NCBI GenBank assembly: GCA_965223845.1
Contig: CBDCXR010000004.1
Span: forward strand, 2,048,001-2,112,000
Direction of reading: 5' to 3'
DNA: 64,000 nt
Source of the DNA: Planctomycetota bacterium
GTDB taxonomy: Bacteria > Planctomycetota > UBA8108 > SXIK01
The notes under the pieces were generated by a model. The model saw only the letters and a program-made list of their open reading frames with translations, did not search any database and was not told where the DNA came from. Each line of letters begins with the position of its first letter. Position 1 is the first letter of the stretch. This document shows, piece after piece, positions 1 through 9,557 of the stretch. The position numbers and the translations under genes were made by a program.

Positions 1-789
1 ACCCTTGCGACGAGCTGCGAGCGCGAGGCGGGCGCGCTCGCGCCGAGATCGTGGACGCTCGTTGCGAACCGACAGGGTGAAGAGGTTTACGGTGTAAACG
101 GGACCGTCGTGGTCGCAGGCGACGGCGCTTCGATCGAACTCGCGAGCATCGCGTTCGACCGCAGCGGCCGTTCCGTAGTCTCGAGCGCGAGGTCCGGCCG
201 GCACTGGGTGCGGGTTCGAGACTCTCGATTTCGCTGGGTCCCGACGACGGTCGAGCTCGGGGCGGCGCCGGTCGTCCCCGTCGAGCTGCTCCCGGGCACC
301 GCCGTCCGCGTCACGGTGCTCGGAGAGAACGGGGAGCCCCTCGCGGGTGCGTCGGTCAGCGTTTGGTGCGCCGGCACGGACCCGCTCGAGTTCGACCTCC
401 TCGAACCCGGAGCGATGATCGGTCCGATTCCGGCCGGGGACGGCAAGCTCGTCGCGCGGGCCCCTGGGCACGCGGCACGCGTTCTGTCGGTCCTCGTTCC
501 CCGCCTGCGGCCGGGCAAAGAGACGAAGCTTCCGCCGGTCGTCCTCTCGCGCGGCGGAGCGTCCCTCACCGGCCGAATCGCCGGTGGTGCAGCGGATCGC
601 GTCGTTCTCCTCTTCGGCGGGGCGGGGCTCGCCGCGGCGCCGGCGCCGGACGGGACATTCTTCTTCCACGGCATTCCGGTCGAACGGGATCCGGTCCTCG
701 TCATCGAGCGAGACGGGCGTGAGCTCTTCGCCGAGCCGGTCCGGCTCTCATCGGGCTCGGTCGACCTCGGCGAGCTCTCGCTCGACTGA
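1..789 (+). CDS. Partial (5'-truncated) carboxypeptidase-regulatory-like / beta-sandwich repeat protein
   Basis: Frame 1 is open from base 1 to TGA at 787-789. Repeated 'V.G.V....GEPLAGASV' and 'G.I.G...PDGTFFFHGIP' segments are typical of CarboxypepD_reg-like domains. Confidence 0.65.
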   Translation, partial: TLATSCEREAGALAPRSWTLVANRQGEEVYGVNGTVVVAGDGASIELASIAFDRSGRSVVSSARSGRHWVRVRDSRFRWVPTTVELGAAPVVPVELLPGTAVRVTVLGENGEPLAGASVSVWCAGTDPLEFDLLEPGAMIGPIPAGDGKLVARAPGHAARVLSVLVPRLRPGKETKLPPVVLSRGGASLTGRIAGGAADRVVLLFGGAGLAAAPAPDGTFFFHGIPVERDPVLVIERDGRELFAEPVRLSSGSVDLGELSLD

Positions 790-992
790 GTGCGAATGCG
801 GCAGTGAGAGGAACGGGTTCGGTACGCGAAAATGCTCGGTCCGCGTCGACCTGGCCGGGGTTTCCTCGAGTGCCGTCCGTCTGCGCGGGCGCTCCGAGAT
901 CACCGAACGTCAGCCCGCCGCATCGGCGCGGCGGGAACTACGAATCACGGCCGTCGGCACGACGGCTCTTCTCGCTCGAAAGGAGCTGGTTC

Positions 993-2132
993 ATGTTTCG
1001 ATCCCTCGTCGCAGCCCTCGTTCTCTTCGCGTTCGTCGCCACCCCGGCGGTCGCGGGAGAGAAGATTCAGCTCGGAGTCAAGGCCGGAGCTAAGCTGAGC
1101 TTTACCTCGAAGCGCGATTCGGACTCGAAGTCGCAGCGTGGCGATCGCAAGTCAACGAGCGAGGCGGAATACTCGATCGAGGTCAAGAACGTCGCCGACG
1201 ACGGCAGCCTCACCGTCGCGGTCCAGTTCGCGAAACTCAAGATCTCCCAGACGGGCGGTCGGGGCGACTTCTCGTTCGACTCGGCGAATGCCGATGCGAG
1301 CGATGGCGAGCGGGGTGCCGTCCTCAAGAAGCTTGCGGGCGCGACGATCACGGCGAAGATCGGCGCCGACGGTCGCGTGGACCGAAATCTCGAAGGGCTC
1401 GACGGAATCGTGGCCGTTCCTCAGGGCGGCGAGCGCGGCGGATTTCGCCGTCAGATGCCCGCCGGCTTCCGCGAGGTGAGCGCACTCCGGAGCGACCTCG
1501 GCACGATCTTCGGCGCCGGGTTCCAGGGCCAAGAGCTCGAGGAGGGAAAGTCCTACCGTGCGCGCCGCGGTGGGGAACGCGGTGGCGGGCGTGACGGTGG
1601 CGCCGAGCGACGACGCCGGCGTCCGGGGGCGGACGATGGCGACGGCGAGAACCGCGGCCGCCGCGGACGCGAGCGTCGGCGTCCCGGAGCCGACGATGAA
1701 GCTCGCGCCGACACGTCGGGTACGCCGGACATCGTTCCGGTCGCGTTCGCCCAGGAAGAAGAACCGCGCCGCGGACGACGACGCGGCCAGGACGGGGATC
1801 GGCCGCGCGGTGGCGGCGACCGCGGAGGTCGCGGAGGTCGCGGGGATCGCGGCGGCTTCGGCGGACCGGCGTTCGTCTTCAAGGGAATCGAAGCCGATCT
1901 CTTTCGATTCGATCTTCAGATGCGCTCGTTCGGACGCGATGGGGGCGGGGAGCCGCGGACGATCGGTGCGGCGTCGTACAGCAAGGCGGACGGCCTCCTT
2001 CATTCGTTTTCATCGAAAACGTCGTTCGGAAGCGAAGAGCGCGGATTCTCCTTCAAGAATCAGCACTCGATCGTTCGAGCCGGTGCCAAGGCGACGGCCG
2101 CGGGAAAGGCTGACGATTCGGTCAAGCTGTAG
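993..2132 (+). CDS. Secreted protein (DUF6263-like beta-rich domain) with an Arg/Gly-rich low-complexity insertion
   Basis: AAAGGAG precedes ATG 993. Signal peptide MFRSLVAALVLFAFVATPAVA. 'YSIEVKNVADDGSLTVAVQF...FSFDS' resembles DUF6263-type proteins. A terminator follows. Confidence 0.65.
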   Translation: MFRSLVAALVLFAFVATPAVAGEKIQLGVKAGAKLSFTSKRDSDSKSQRGDRKSTSEAEYSIEVKNVADDGSLTVAVQFAKLKISQTGGRGDFSFDSANADASDGERGAVLKKLAGATITAKIGADGRVDRNLEGLDGIVAVPQGGERGGFRRQMPAGFREVSALRSDLGTIFGAGFQGQELEEGKSYRARRGGERGGGRDGGAERRRRRPGADDGDGENRGRRGRERRRPGADDEARADTSGTPDIVPVAFAQEEEPRRGRRRGQDGDRPRGGGDRGGRGGRGDRGGFGGPAFVFKGIEADLFRFDLQMRSFGRDGGGEPRTIGAASYSKADGLLHSFSSKTSFGSEERGFSFKNQHSIVRAGAKATAAGKADDSVKL

Positions 2133-2165
2133 ACCCGAGATCCTCGTACGAGAGACGACTCGGTG

Positions 2166-2210
2166 AGCCCGGGGGCGCGTTCTTCCGAACGCGCCCCCGG
2201 GCTTCTTTTT
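2166..2210 (+). terminator. Rho-independent terminator
   Basis: AGCCCGGGGGCGCGTTC-ttcc-GAACGCGCCCCCGGGCT followed by TCTTTTT. Confidence 0.9.
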
Positions 2211-2504
2211 CGTTCCCGGCCACGCGGGCTGCCGGGCTCGCGGGTACGCGACCGCGCGTGGCGCGCGAGATCCGAACCCGAACTTCAACGGGAGACTCGG
2301 TCTAGAGACCGGCGGACCTACCCGGGACACTGCCCCACGGCGTACGCAACTCGTTCGCGCGTGAGGGTTTTGGTGGCGCGCCGCAACGGAGGAGAGGTAA
2401 AAAGGAGGCTCTGCGGCCTCAGGGAAACACGTTCTCCGCGGCAGTTTCCCGAGCGCATCGCGATGGATCGAGAACGCGTCGGAGCGAACCCAGGGACCAG
2501 TCGA

Positions 2505-5500
2505 ATGACCCGAACGTTAACGTGTGCCGCATTGTGCTCGGTGCTTCTGCTCGTCGGACCGACTCGGGTCGACGCCGTCGTCATCAGTGAGATTCACTAC
2601 AATCCCGCGGGGGGGAGCTCGCTCGAGTTCGTCGAGCTCTACAATCCCGGCAGCGCGAGCGTCAGCATCGCCGGCTGGCAATTCTCAGACGGAGTCTCCT
2701 ATACGTTTCCCGAGGGTGCGGCGGTCGACGCGGGTGGACGCGTCGTCATCTGCAGCAACCGAAATGTGCTCGCAGCGGAATTCGGACTCGCAGCGGATGG
2801 ACTCTTCGGCGACTACGAGGGTCAGCTGTCGAACGGCGGCGAAACTCTGACCCTCGTCGATTCGGACGGCGTCCTCGTCGACTCCGTTCGCTACGACGAC
2901 GTTCCACCGTGGGGATCAGCGGATGGTACCGGGAGCTCGCTCGAGCGAGTGTGCGCGAGCTTTTCGTCGCAGCATCCCGCGAATTGGGTCGCGAACGACG
3001 CCGTCGGCCCGACGCCGCTCGCCGCCGGCTCGGACGAGCAATGCCCGCCGCCGGCCGTGCCCCCGCCGAGCATCGCGATCAACGAGATCAGCTATCACCC
3101 CGTCGGGGAGAAGGACGAGCTCGAGGAGTTCGTCGAGCTCCGCAACAACACCGACCAGTCGATCAACTTGAAAGGGTATTCCTTCACCGACGGCATCAAT
3201 TTCACGTTCGAGGAGGACACCGTAGTCGACGCCGGGGGCTTCGTCGTCGTGTGCCGGAATCGCGAGCACATGTCGGGGCTCTATTCCCTCGAAAACGCGG
3301 TGGGGGATTTCACCGGTCGCCTCTCGAACGATGGCGAGCGCATCACGCTCGTCGATGCCGACGGCCGCTTCGTCGACTCGGTTCGTTACCACGACAGCGG
3401 CGACTGGCCGGTCAGCGCCGACGGTCAGGCTCCGAGCCTCGAGAAGCTCATTCCGGAGGCGGTGAGCGACGACCCGGCGAGTTGGTCAGAAGCGATTGAA
3501 AGTCGGCCGGAGGACTGGACGACCGTCCGCCTAACCGGCCTCGCGCTCAGCTCGAGCACGATCATCCGGATCTACGTCAACGGCGAGGGAAGCTTTCTCG
3601 TCGACAACCTGGTGCTCGAGCGAACGGACTCGCCCGGGGTCAACCTCCTCCCGAACGGCTCGTTCGACGAGGGAACGGAAACCTGGGAGTTCCGCGGGAC
3701 TCACGAAGGGAGCGAATGGGTCGCCGACGGGGGCGCGGACGGGAGCGGAGCGGTTCGCATCATCTCGACAGGACGAGGCAGCTCGACCAACTCGATGCGC
3801 ATCTCGCTCGATCCGCCGCTCGAGAAGGGCGTCGAGCACAGCTTCACGTTCGACTACAAGTACGTCTCGGGCGCAACCGACTTCAACGTCCGCTTCTCGG
3901 GGAGCAGTCCCACGCGCGGAATCTTCTTTCGCCTCGGGGAGGGAAGCGTCTTCAGTCCGGGGCGAGAGAACGCGCGCCAGCTCGATCATCTCCCGCCGTT
4001 TGTCGAGCGCATCGGGCGTTTCCCGAAAGCGCCGAAATCGGGGGAGCCCGTCTGGATCACGGCTCGAGTGCGGGCGGAGCGAGCGCTCGCGGGGGTCGCG
4101 CTCACCTACCAGATCGACGGCACCGGCGACGAGATCTCGATCGCGATGGCCGACGACGGGGCGCACCGCGACGCGGCGAGTGGAGACGGAATCTTCGGAG
4201 TCGAGCTCCCGCCGCAGGAACACAACACGATCGTCACGTTCCGCATCACGGCGGAAGACGAGACGGGCTCGTCGACGACGAACCCGCTCGAGAGCGATCC
4301 GACGGGAGTCCACGGATTCTATGTGAACGACCTCCAGGTCGAGTCACCGCTCCCGGTGTATACGATCCTCTGGAACCATCGCACGCCGTTCCATCCGCGG
4401 CAGATGCGGGGCCGGCTCTCGAGCTGCAGCGTCTACCAGGCGGCATCGTTCGCCGTCGACGGCGAACTCTATTACAACGTCGGTCTGCGGCGGCGAGGCG
4501 GGTCGGTCTGCGGCGATGGCAACGTGATCAAGCCCTACGTGAAGATCAAGTTCAACCGCGGACGCTTGTTCGAGAACCAGCGGAAGATCAACATTCAGAG
4601 CATCTACACCGACAAGTCGCTCATCCGCGAGAAGATGGCGTGGGAGATGTTCGACGAGCTCGGCTCTCCGACGTGCCGCGAGTACTTCGCGCGCCTCCAC
4701 TTGAACGGCGCCTACTACGGCCTCCACGCGATCCTCGAGCATCCCGACAAGCGCTACCTCGAGCGGAACAACCTGAACCCCGACGGCAACCTCTACAAGG
4801 CGACCGCATCTCGCGAGGAGGTGAACGGGACCTACGAGAAGAAGACGAACGAGCACATTCCGAACATGGACGATCTGCGCTCGTTCCTCCGCGAGATGCA
4901 CGACACTCCGCGCCCGTCACTGAGCGCGTTCTTCACCGAGCGGATGGACGCCGATCGAGTGATCGACTACCAGCTCGCGCAGACGCTCATGAACAACAGC
5001 GACTACCCGCACAAGAATCACTACCTCTACCACGACACGGAGAAAGAGAAGTGGATGGTCCTCGCCTGGGACCTCGATCTTTCTTTCGGGAAGCGCTGGG
5101 ACGGGTCGAACGGCGGCGTGCTTCACGACCGCATGCACACTCCCGGGAACAACCCCTGGTACACGACCTCGGTCGACGGCGGCGGCGGAAACGAGCTCCT
5201 CAACCGATTCTTCGCTCTCGGCGGGACCTGGTTTCGGCGCGCGTACATCGTTCGCCTTTGGGATGCGATCCAGGAGAAGTACACCGAAGAGTTCTTCGAA
5301 GAGAAGATCCAGGACTACCACGCGCTCCTCATCGACGAGCAACAGGAGGACATCGAGCTCTGGGGACGGTCGCGCACGTGGCCGGATGACCGAAATGCCC
5401 CGGCGGAGTTCGAGCCGAACCTAGATCGCGTGCGCGCCCACATCCGTGCGCGCCGCGAGTACCTGCTCGGATACCTGCGGTCGCGGCACCAGTTCGAAGG

Positions 5501-6275
5501 CCACGATCGGCTGAAGATCACCGAGGTGATGTACAACCCAGCCGGTCCCGCCGAGGATCTCGAGTGGATCGAGATCTGGAACCCGAACGAGAGCGAGCTC
5601 GACCTTCAAGGCTACTCGATCGAAGGAATCGGATTCGAGTTTCCCGAAGGCGCGAGCGCTCCGGCGGGGTCCGTGTTCATCGTCGCGAAGAATCCCGACG
5701 CGTTTCGGGACGCGTACGGTTCGGAGCTCACCGTTTTCGGGGGCTACGACGGCAACCTGGACAACAACGGCGAGATCCTCCGCCTCAAGGACGCAGGACC
5801 GGAGTACCCGGCAACGGTCGATTTCCTGCGCTACGGCACCGACGACGGCTGGCCGGCGGAGGCCGACGGTCTCGGCTACTCGATCGAGCTCACCGACGTG
5901 AGCGTAGATCGCGACAACGACCTCGCTCGGTACTGGGCCCGCTCCGGACAGATCGGCGGCTCTCCCGGCTCCGTGCCCGGCGTCAGTGAGCCCGAGAGCC
6001 GATTCCGGCGCGGAGACGTGAACGCGGACGGCCGGCTCAACGTCACCGATCCGATCACGATTCTCGGGAGGCTCTTTCGCGGGGTCGCCAGCGTCCCCTG
6101 CGAGGCGGCGATGGACGTCGATGGCGAGGGGGGAGTACAATTGACGGACGCGGTCGTCCTCCTCAACTATCTCTTCTCCCGCGACCCTCCCGTCATTCCC
6201 GCCCCCGGTCCCCGCGACTGCCGTCCCGTGTCCGCCGACCGCTGCCGTACGGCGAACTGCGCGGTCGACGGCTGA
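2505..6275 (+). CDS. Secreted lamin-tail-domain / CotH kinase family protein with CBM-like domain and C-terminal dockerin-like module
   Basis: Signal peptide from ATG 2505. Three LTD repeats (ISEIHYNP, INEISYHP, ITEVMYNP...EFVEL). CotH motifs (RRRGGS, LNGAYYGL, NSDYPHKNHYLY, WDLDLSFG). C-terminal FRRGDVNADG..NVTD / DVDGEGGVQLTDA. The ORF-track start at 2163 looks over-extended. Confidence 0.85.
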   Translation: MTRTLTCAALCSVLLLVGPTRVDAVVISEIHYNPAGGSSLEFVELYNPGSASVSIAGWQFSDGVSYTFPEGAAVDAGGRVVICSNRNVLAAEFGLAADGLFGDYEGQLSNGGETLTLVDSDGVLVDSVRYDDVPPWGSADGTGSSLERVCASFSSQHPANWVANDAVGPTPLAAGSDEQCPPPAVPPPSIAINEISYHPVGEKDELEEFVELRNNTDQSINLKGYSFTDGINFTFEEDTVVDAGGFVVVCRNREHMSGLYSLENAVGDFTGRLSNDGERITLVDADGRFVDSVRYHDSGDWPVSADGQAPSLEKLIPEAVSDDPASWSEAIESRPEDWTTVRLTGLALSSSTIIRIYVNGEGSFLVDNLVLERTDSPGVNLLPNGSFDEGTETWEFRGTHEGSEWVADGGADGSGAVRIISTGRGSSTNSMRISLDPPLEKGVEHSFTFDYKYVSGATDFNVRFSGSSPTRGIFFRLGEGSVFSPGRENARQLDHLPPFVERIGRFPKAPKSGEPVWITARVRAERALAGVALTYQIDGTGDEISIAMADDGAHRDAASGDGIFGVELPPQEHNTIVTFRITAEDETGSSTTNPLESDPTGVHGFYVNDLQVESPLPVYTILWNHRTPFHPRQMRGRLSSCSVYQAASFAVDGELYYNVGLRRRGGSVCGDGNVIKPYVKIKFNRGRLFENQRKINIQSIYTDKSLIREKMAWEMFDELGSPTCREYFARLHLNGAYYGLHAILEHPDKRYLERNNLNPDGNLYKATASREEVNGTYEKKTNEHIPNMDDLRSFLREMHDTPRPSLSAFFTERMDADRVIDYQLAQTLMNNSDYPHKNHYLYHDTEKEKWMVLAWDLDLSFGKRWDGSNGGVLHDRMHTPGNNPWYTTSVDGGGGNELLNRFFALGGTWFRRAYIVRLWDAIQEKYTEEFFEEKIQDYHALLIDEQQEDIELWGRSRTWPDDRNAPAEFEPNLDRVRAHIRARREYLLGYLRSRHQFEGHDRLKITEVMYNPAGPAEDLEWIEIWNPNESELDLQGYSIEGIGFEFPEGASAPAGSVFIVAKNPDAFRDAYGSELTVFGGYDGNLDNNGEILRLKDAGPEYPATVDFLRYGTDDGWPAEADGLGYSIELTDVSVDRDNDLARYWARSGQIGGSPGSVPGVSEPESRFRRGDVNADGRLNVTDPITILGRLFRGVASVPCEAAMDVDGEGGVQLTDAVVLLNYLFSRDPPVIPAPGPRDCRPVSADRCRTANCAVDG

Positions 6276-6311
6276 GCGGACGGGCTCCCCTCAGCGCGCT
6301 GCGCGACTCCA

Positions 6312-7502
6312 GTGAGAACGATCGGCATCCTCGTCTCTGCGCTCGCCGTCGCCGCCGGGTTCATCGTCGGCCGCGTCGAGCACCAGCGCGAGTTGGAGGC
6401 GACGGCGAGCGCGCCCGATGCTCTGGATCCGGTGAGCGCCGTGCTCCTCAAGCCCGACGAGCCATCGCCCGCCCGCGAGTCGGGTGACCCGGGGGCGTCG
6501 GTCGATCTCGGCGCCCGTCGCAGCCCGTCGCCCTCGGGCGAGCGCGAGGAAGCGTCTGACCAGCCCGCCAAGTCGGCCGCGGAGGAGCTTCCGCCGGGTT
6601 TCCGCGACGGTTACGAGAAGCTCCGCGAACAGGTCGACGCGATGGAGTTCGAAGCCGCGGCAGAAGCCGCAGCTCGCCTCATCGCCCAGCTCGACGAGGC
6701 GAACATCGGAAAAACGAAGGCCCGCCGCCTCGTCCTTCGCGTCGCCGCTCGCTCCCGATCGTTCGAGCGCTTGATCGCACCGATCAAGCAGCGCGAGATC
6801 GGCGAGACGATGTATCAAGTCCTTCTCGCGAACGGAAACACGCTCGACGCGATGAGCGTGGAAGAGCGCGGTGATCGCTACCGCATCCAGCTTGCGAACG
6901 GGATCGGCTACGAGCCGCGGGTCGAGGAAGTGCAGCGAGTGACGCAAGTCGACGGGAGCGTCGTCGCCGAGAGAGAGTGGGAGAAGCTCGCGCCGCGCGT
7001 GCGGGCCCTCGACGACCCGATCAAGCTCTACGTCCACGGCGTCCAGCGGTGCTTTCAGGCCGGGCTCAAAGACCAGGGGATGAAGCTGCTCGAACGATTG
7101 CTGGATGTCCCCGGCTCCGCCAAGGTCCCCGCGCTCTTCGCCACCGAAGACCCCGATGCCGCGATCACCGATTGGCTCGTCGCATCCGGCGACCAGGACC
7201 CGTTCGCCGCGGCGAGGCTCCCCGGTGCCGGTGACGGGTCGACGCCCCCGCGCGAAGACGTTCCGCGAGCCGCGCCGACCGGGAACCTGCTCGAGGATCT
7301 CCGCAACCTGCGCGACGAAGCACTCACGCTTTACCGGCGCGCGCGCTCGGACGGAAACCCGCGTGATCTCGAGACGGCGCGCGGTCGTATCGACGAGGCG
7401 TTCGACCTCCTCGACGGAGTCGAATCGACACCCGAGATCGACTCCCTCCGCCGCGACCTCGGCCAGCTTCTCTCGGACGTCATCCGCGTTTCGCCGTTCT
7501 GA
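6312..7502 (+). CDS. Hypothetical protein with N-terminal membrane anchor or signal, largely helical
   Basis: 396-aa ORF with a hydrophobic N-terminus (IGILVSALAVAAGFIVG) and codon usage like its neighbours. Confidence 0.7.
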   Translation: MRTIGILVSALAVAAGFIVGRVEHQRELEATASAPDALDPVSAVLLKPDEPSPARESGDPGASVDLGARRSPSPSGEREEASDQPAKSAAEELPPGFRDGYEKLREQVDAMEFEAAAEAAARLIAQLDEANIGKTKARRLVLRVAARSRSFERLIAPIKQREIGETMYQVLLANGNTLDAMSVEERGDRYRIQLANGIGYEPRVEEVQRVTQVDGSVVAEREWEKLAPRVRALDDPIKLYVHGVQRCFQAGLKDQGMKLLERLLDVPGSAKVPALFATEDPDAAITDWLVASGDQDPFAAARLPGAGDGSTPPREDVPRAAPTGNLLEDLRNLRDEALTLYRRARSDGNPRDLETARGRIDEAFDLLDGVESTPEIDSLRRDLGQLLSDVIRVSPF

Positions 7503-7903
7503 ACGTCCTAGCGACGCGCGACGAACATCTCCCGACGGCGGTCGAAGATCCCGCTCGGTCCGGCACGGCCCGTTTGGATCAGCTCGCCTGCCCGCACCAT
7601 CGCGACCCGCGGTCGCCCGAAATTCGCGCGACGCACCGTTTCCACGCGAGCGTCAGATGTTATCGTGGGTGGGGGTTCCCCGCCGCGCGCACTCCGGGCG
7701 GCGCGAACCACCGAGGTTAGGGATTACGCAGTCGGTGGGTCTCCCGGGGCTCGTGGTTTACGACGGGGCAGAACATTCCGATCGAGCTCACGCACATGCG
7801 GCGCGCGGCCGACGACATCGTCGGCGGCGATGTCCGCGCATTCGTCCGCCCTAGGTGCCACGGGCGGTTGGGTACGGCACCGAAAGACCTGAAGGGTTTC
7901 AGC

Positions 7904-9196
7904 ATGTTTCGCACTCTCCGGCTCTGCGCGACTCTCGCCGTCGTCACCGCGGGACTCACTTCGAACGTCCTCGCCGAGAACCGGTTTTATTTCGACGATG
8001 TCGAGGTCGACGTCGGCAGCAGCGGCGTCGAGCTGATCGTACGCGCGGACTCCGACATCCCGTTTTTCGGGTTCTCATTCGGCGTGACGTACGACGAGCA
8101 GGTCCTCGTCGTCCAGAGCGTGACCTGGGAAGGCGCGCTCACCGACGAGCCCTCCTACTACAAGGGAATCATCGACAACGATACCGGCCGGATGGCGTTC
8201 GGATGCGTCTTCGACTACGGCCCGGAGTACGACTCGACGATCCCCGCGGGAGAGGGTCACGCGATCAGCACGGTCGTCGTCGACATTCTAGCGCAGTCGA
8301 ACACGACCACCGAGCTCACCTTCGCCACGGTGCCGTTCAACCCGGAGCGACCCGTGACGAACGTGATGACGAACGGCGGCGGTCTCTCCGAGTTCCCGAC
8401 GCTCGTCAACGGTACGGTGACGATTTCCATCCCAGCGCCCGAGATCACCGCCGTCCAAGGCGGCTCGGGATTCGCCGGCGACATGTTCGTCGTCGTCGGA
8501 AACAACTTCGATCAAGGGGGACTCGAAGTCACGGTGTGCGACGCGCCGGCCGCCGTCGAGTTGAACGAAGACGGTTCGCTCACGGTCACCGCGCCCGACT
8601 GCGCGTCGGCTCCGGGTGCCGTCGACGTCGTCGTCTGTACCGACGGCGGCTGCGACACCGAGACCGACGGCTTCACCTACCTCGCTCCCGAGGAGCCGGA
8701 GATTACGGCGATCGACCCGGCGGCGGGCCCGGCGGGTGCCGTCATCAGCATTTCGGGGAATAACCTCGGCGGCGCCGGACGTCAGGTGCGCATCTGCGAA
8801 CAGGACGTAGAGAGTGAGCTCGCGGACGGAGTCGTGACGGCCACGGTGCCGGACTGCGGAGAGGCGGGTGTGGTCGAGGTCGAACTCTGCACGGAAGACG
8901 GCTGCGACACCGAGGCCTTCACGTTCGAGGTTCCCGAGGCAATCTTCATTCGAGGCGATTCGAACGGCGCTGCCGGGGTGGACGTCTCCGACGCGATCTA
9001 CTCCCTCAATCGCCTGTTCGGCGACGGGCCGCCGCCGGAGTGCCTCGACGCCGCAGACGCGAACGACGACGGCGGCTTCGACGTGTCGGATCCGATCTAC
9101 GCGCTCAATTTCCTCTTCGGCGACGGCCCCGACATCCCGGCGCCCTACCCCGATCCCGGCGTCGATCCGACCCCGGACGACTTTCCCGACTGCTGA
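7904..9196 (+). CDS. Secreted cohesin-like domain + 2x IPT/TIG + dockerin-like protein (candidate scaffoldin or adaptor)
   Basis: Signal peptide. About 150-aa domain 'GFSFGVTYDEQVL...GCVFD...TIPAG...LTF...NV...PTLVNGTVTI' fits the cohesin pattern. Two 'PEITA..P..G..G..I.I.GNN' IPT repeats. Dockerin FIRGDSNG..VDVSDA...C.DAADANDDG.FDVSD. Confidence 0.8.
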   Translation: MFRTLRLCATLAVVTAGLTSNVLAENRFYFDDVEVDVGSSGVELIVRADSDIPFFGFSFGVTYDEQVLVVQSVTWEGALTDEPSYYKGIIDNDTGRMAFGCVFDYGPEYDSTIPAGEGHAISTVVVDILAQSNTTTELTFATVPFNPERPVTNVMTNGGGLSEFPTLVNGTVTISIPAPEITAVQGGSGFAGDMFVVVGNNFDQGGLEVTVCDAPAAVELNEDGSLTVTAPDCASAPGAVDVVVCTDGGCDTETDGFTYLAPEEPEITAIDPAAGPAGAVISISGNNLGGAGRQVRICEQDVESELADGVVTATVPDCGEAGVVEVELCTEDGCDTEAFTFEVPEAIFIRGDSNGAAGVDVSDAIYSLNRLFGDGPPPECLDAADANDDGGFDVSDPIYALNFLFGDGPDIPAPYPDPGVDPTPDDFPDC

Positions 9197-9279
9197 GCCG
9201 TTCGCAGCTCTTCGCTCCGCGGCGAGGGGGGAACGAGGCCGACCGAGCAGAGTCCGTGCGGAAGACCCGCGGTACGGAC

Positions 9280-9340
9280 AAAAAAAGAGGCCTTCGACCG
9301 AGAGGGGGGAGTCGAAGGCCAGTGGTGAAATGGACTCTGA
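9280..9340 (-). ncRNA. Candidate small RNA (about 60 nt) ending in a terminator hairpin with a C-rich loop
   Basis: Minus-strand TATACT at 9352-9347, then a 10-bp stem GGCCTTCGAC/GTCGAAGGCC and a TCTTTTTTT tail. No minus-strand gene lies nearby. Confidence 0.45.
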
Positions 9341-9557
9341 TTTCGGAGTATAAGGAGGGGCCTCGAAGCGACCGGCGCGCCGTTCGTTCGAACGCCTCTC
9401 ATAAGCCGCTATCGGTGGACGGAGAGGCGAAGCTGAAGGCTTTGGACGGGCGCGCGAGTTACCAGTCGTTCGCCCACCTACTCGGCCAAAGAACCGGCCT
9501 CGCCGAGGATCATCCGCGCGGCGAGGTCCGATAGCTGTCGATCGCGAGGAAATCAGA

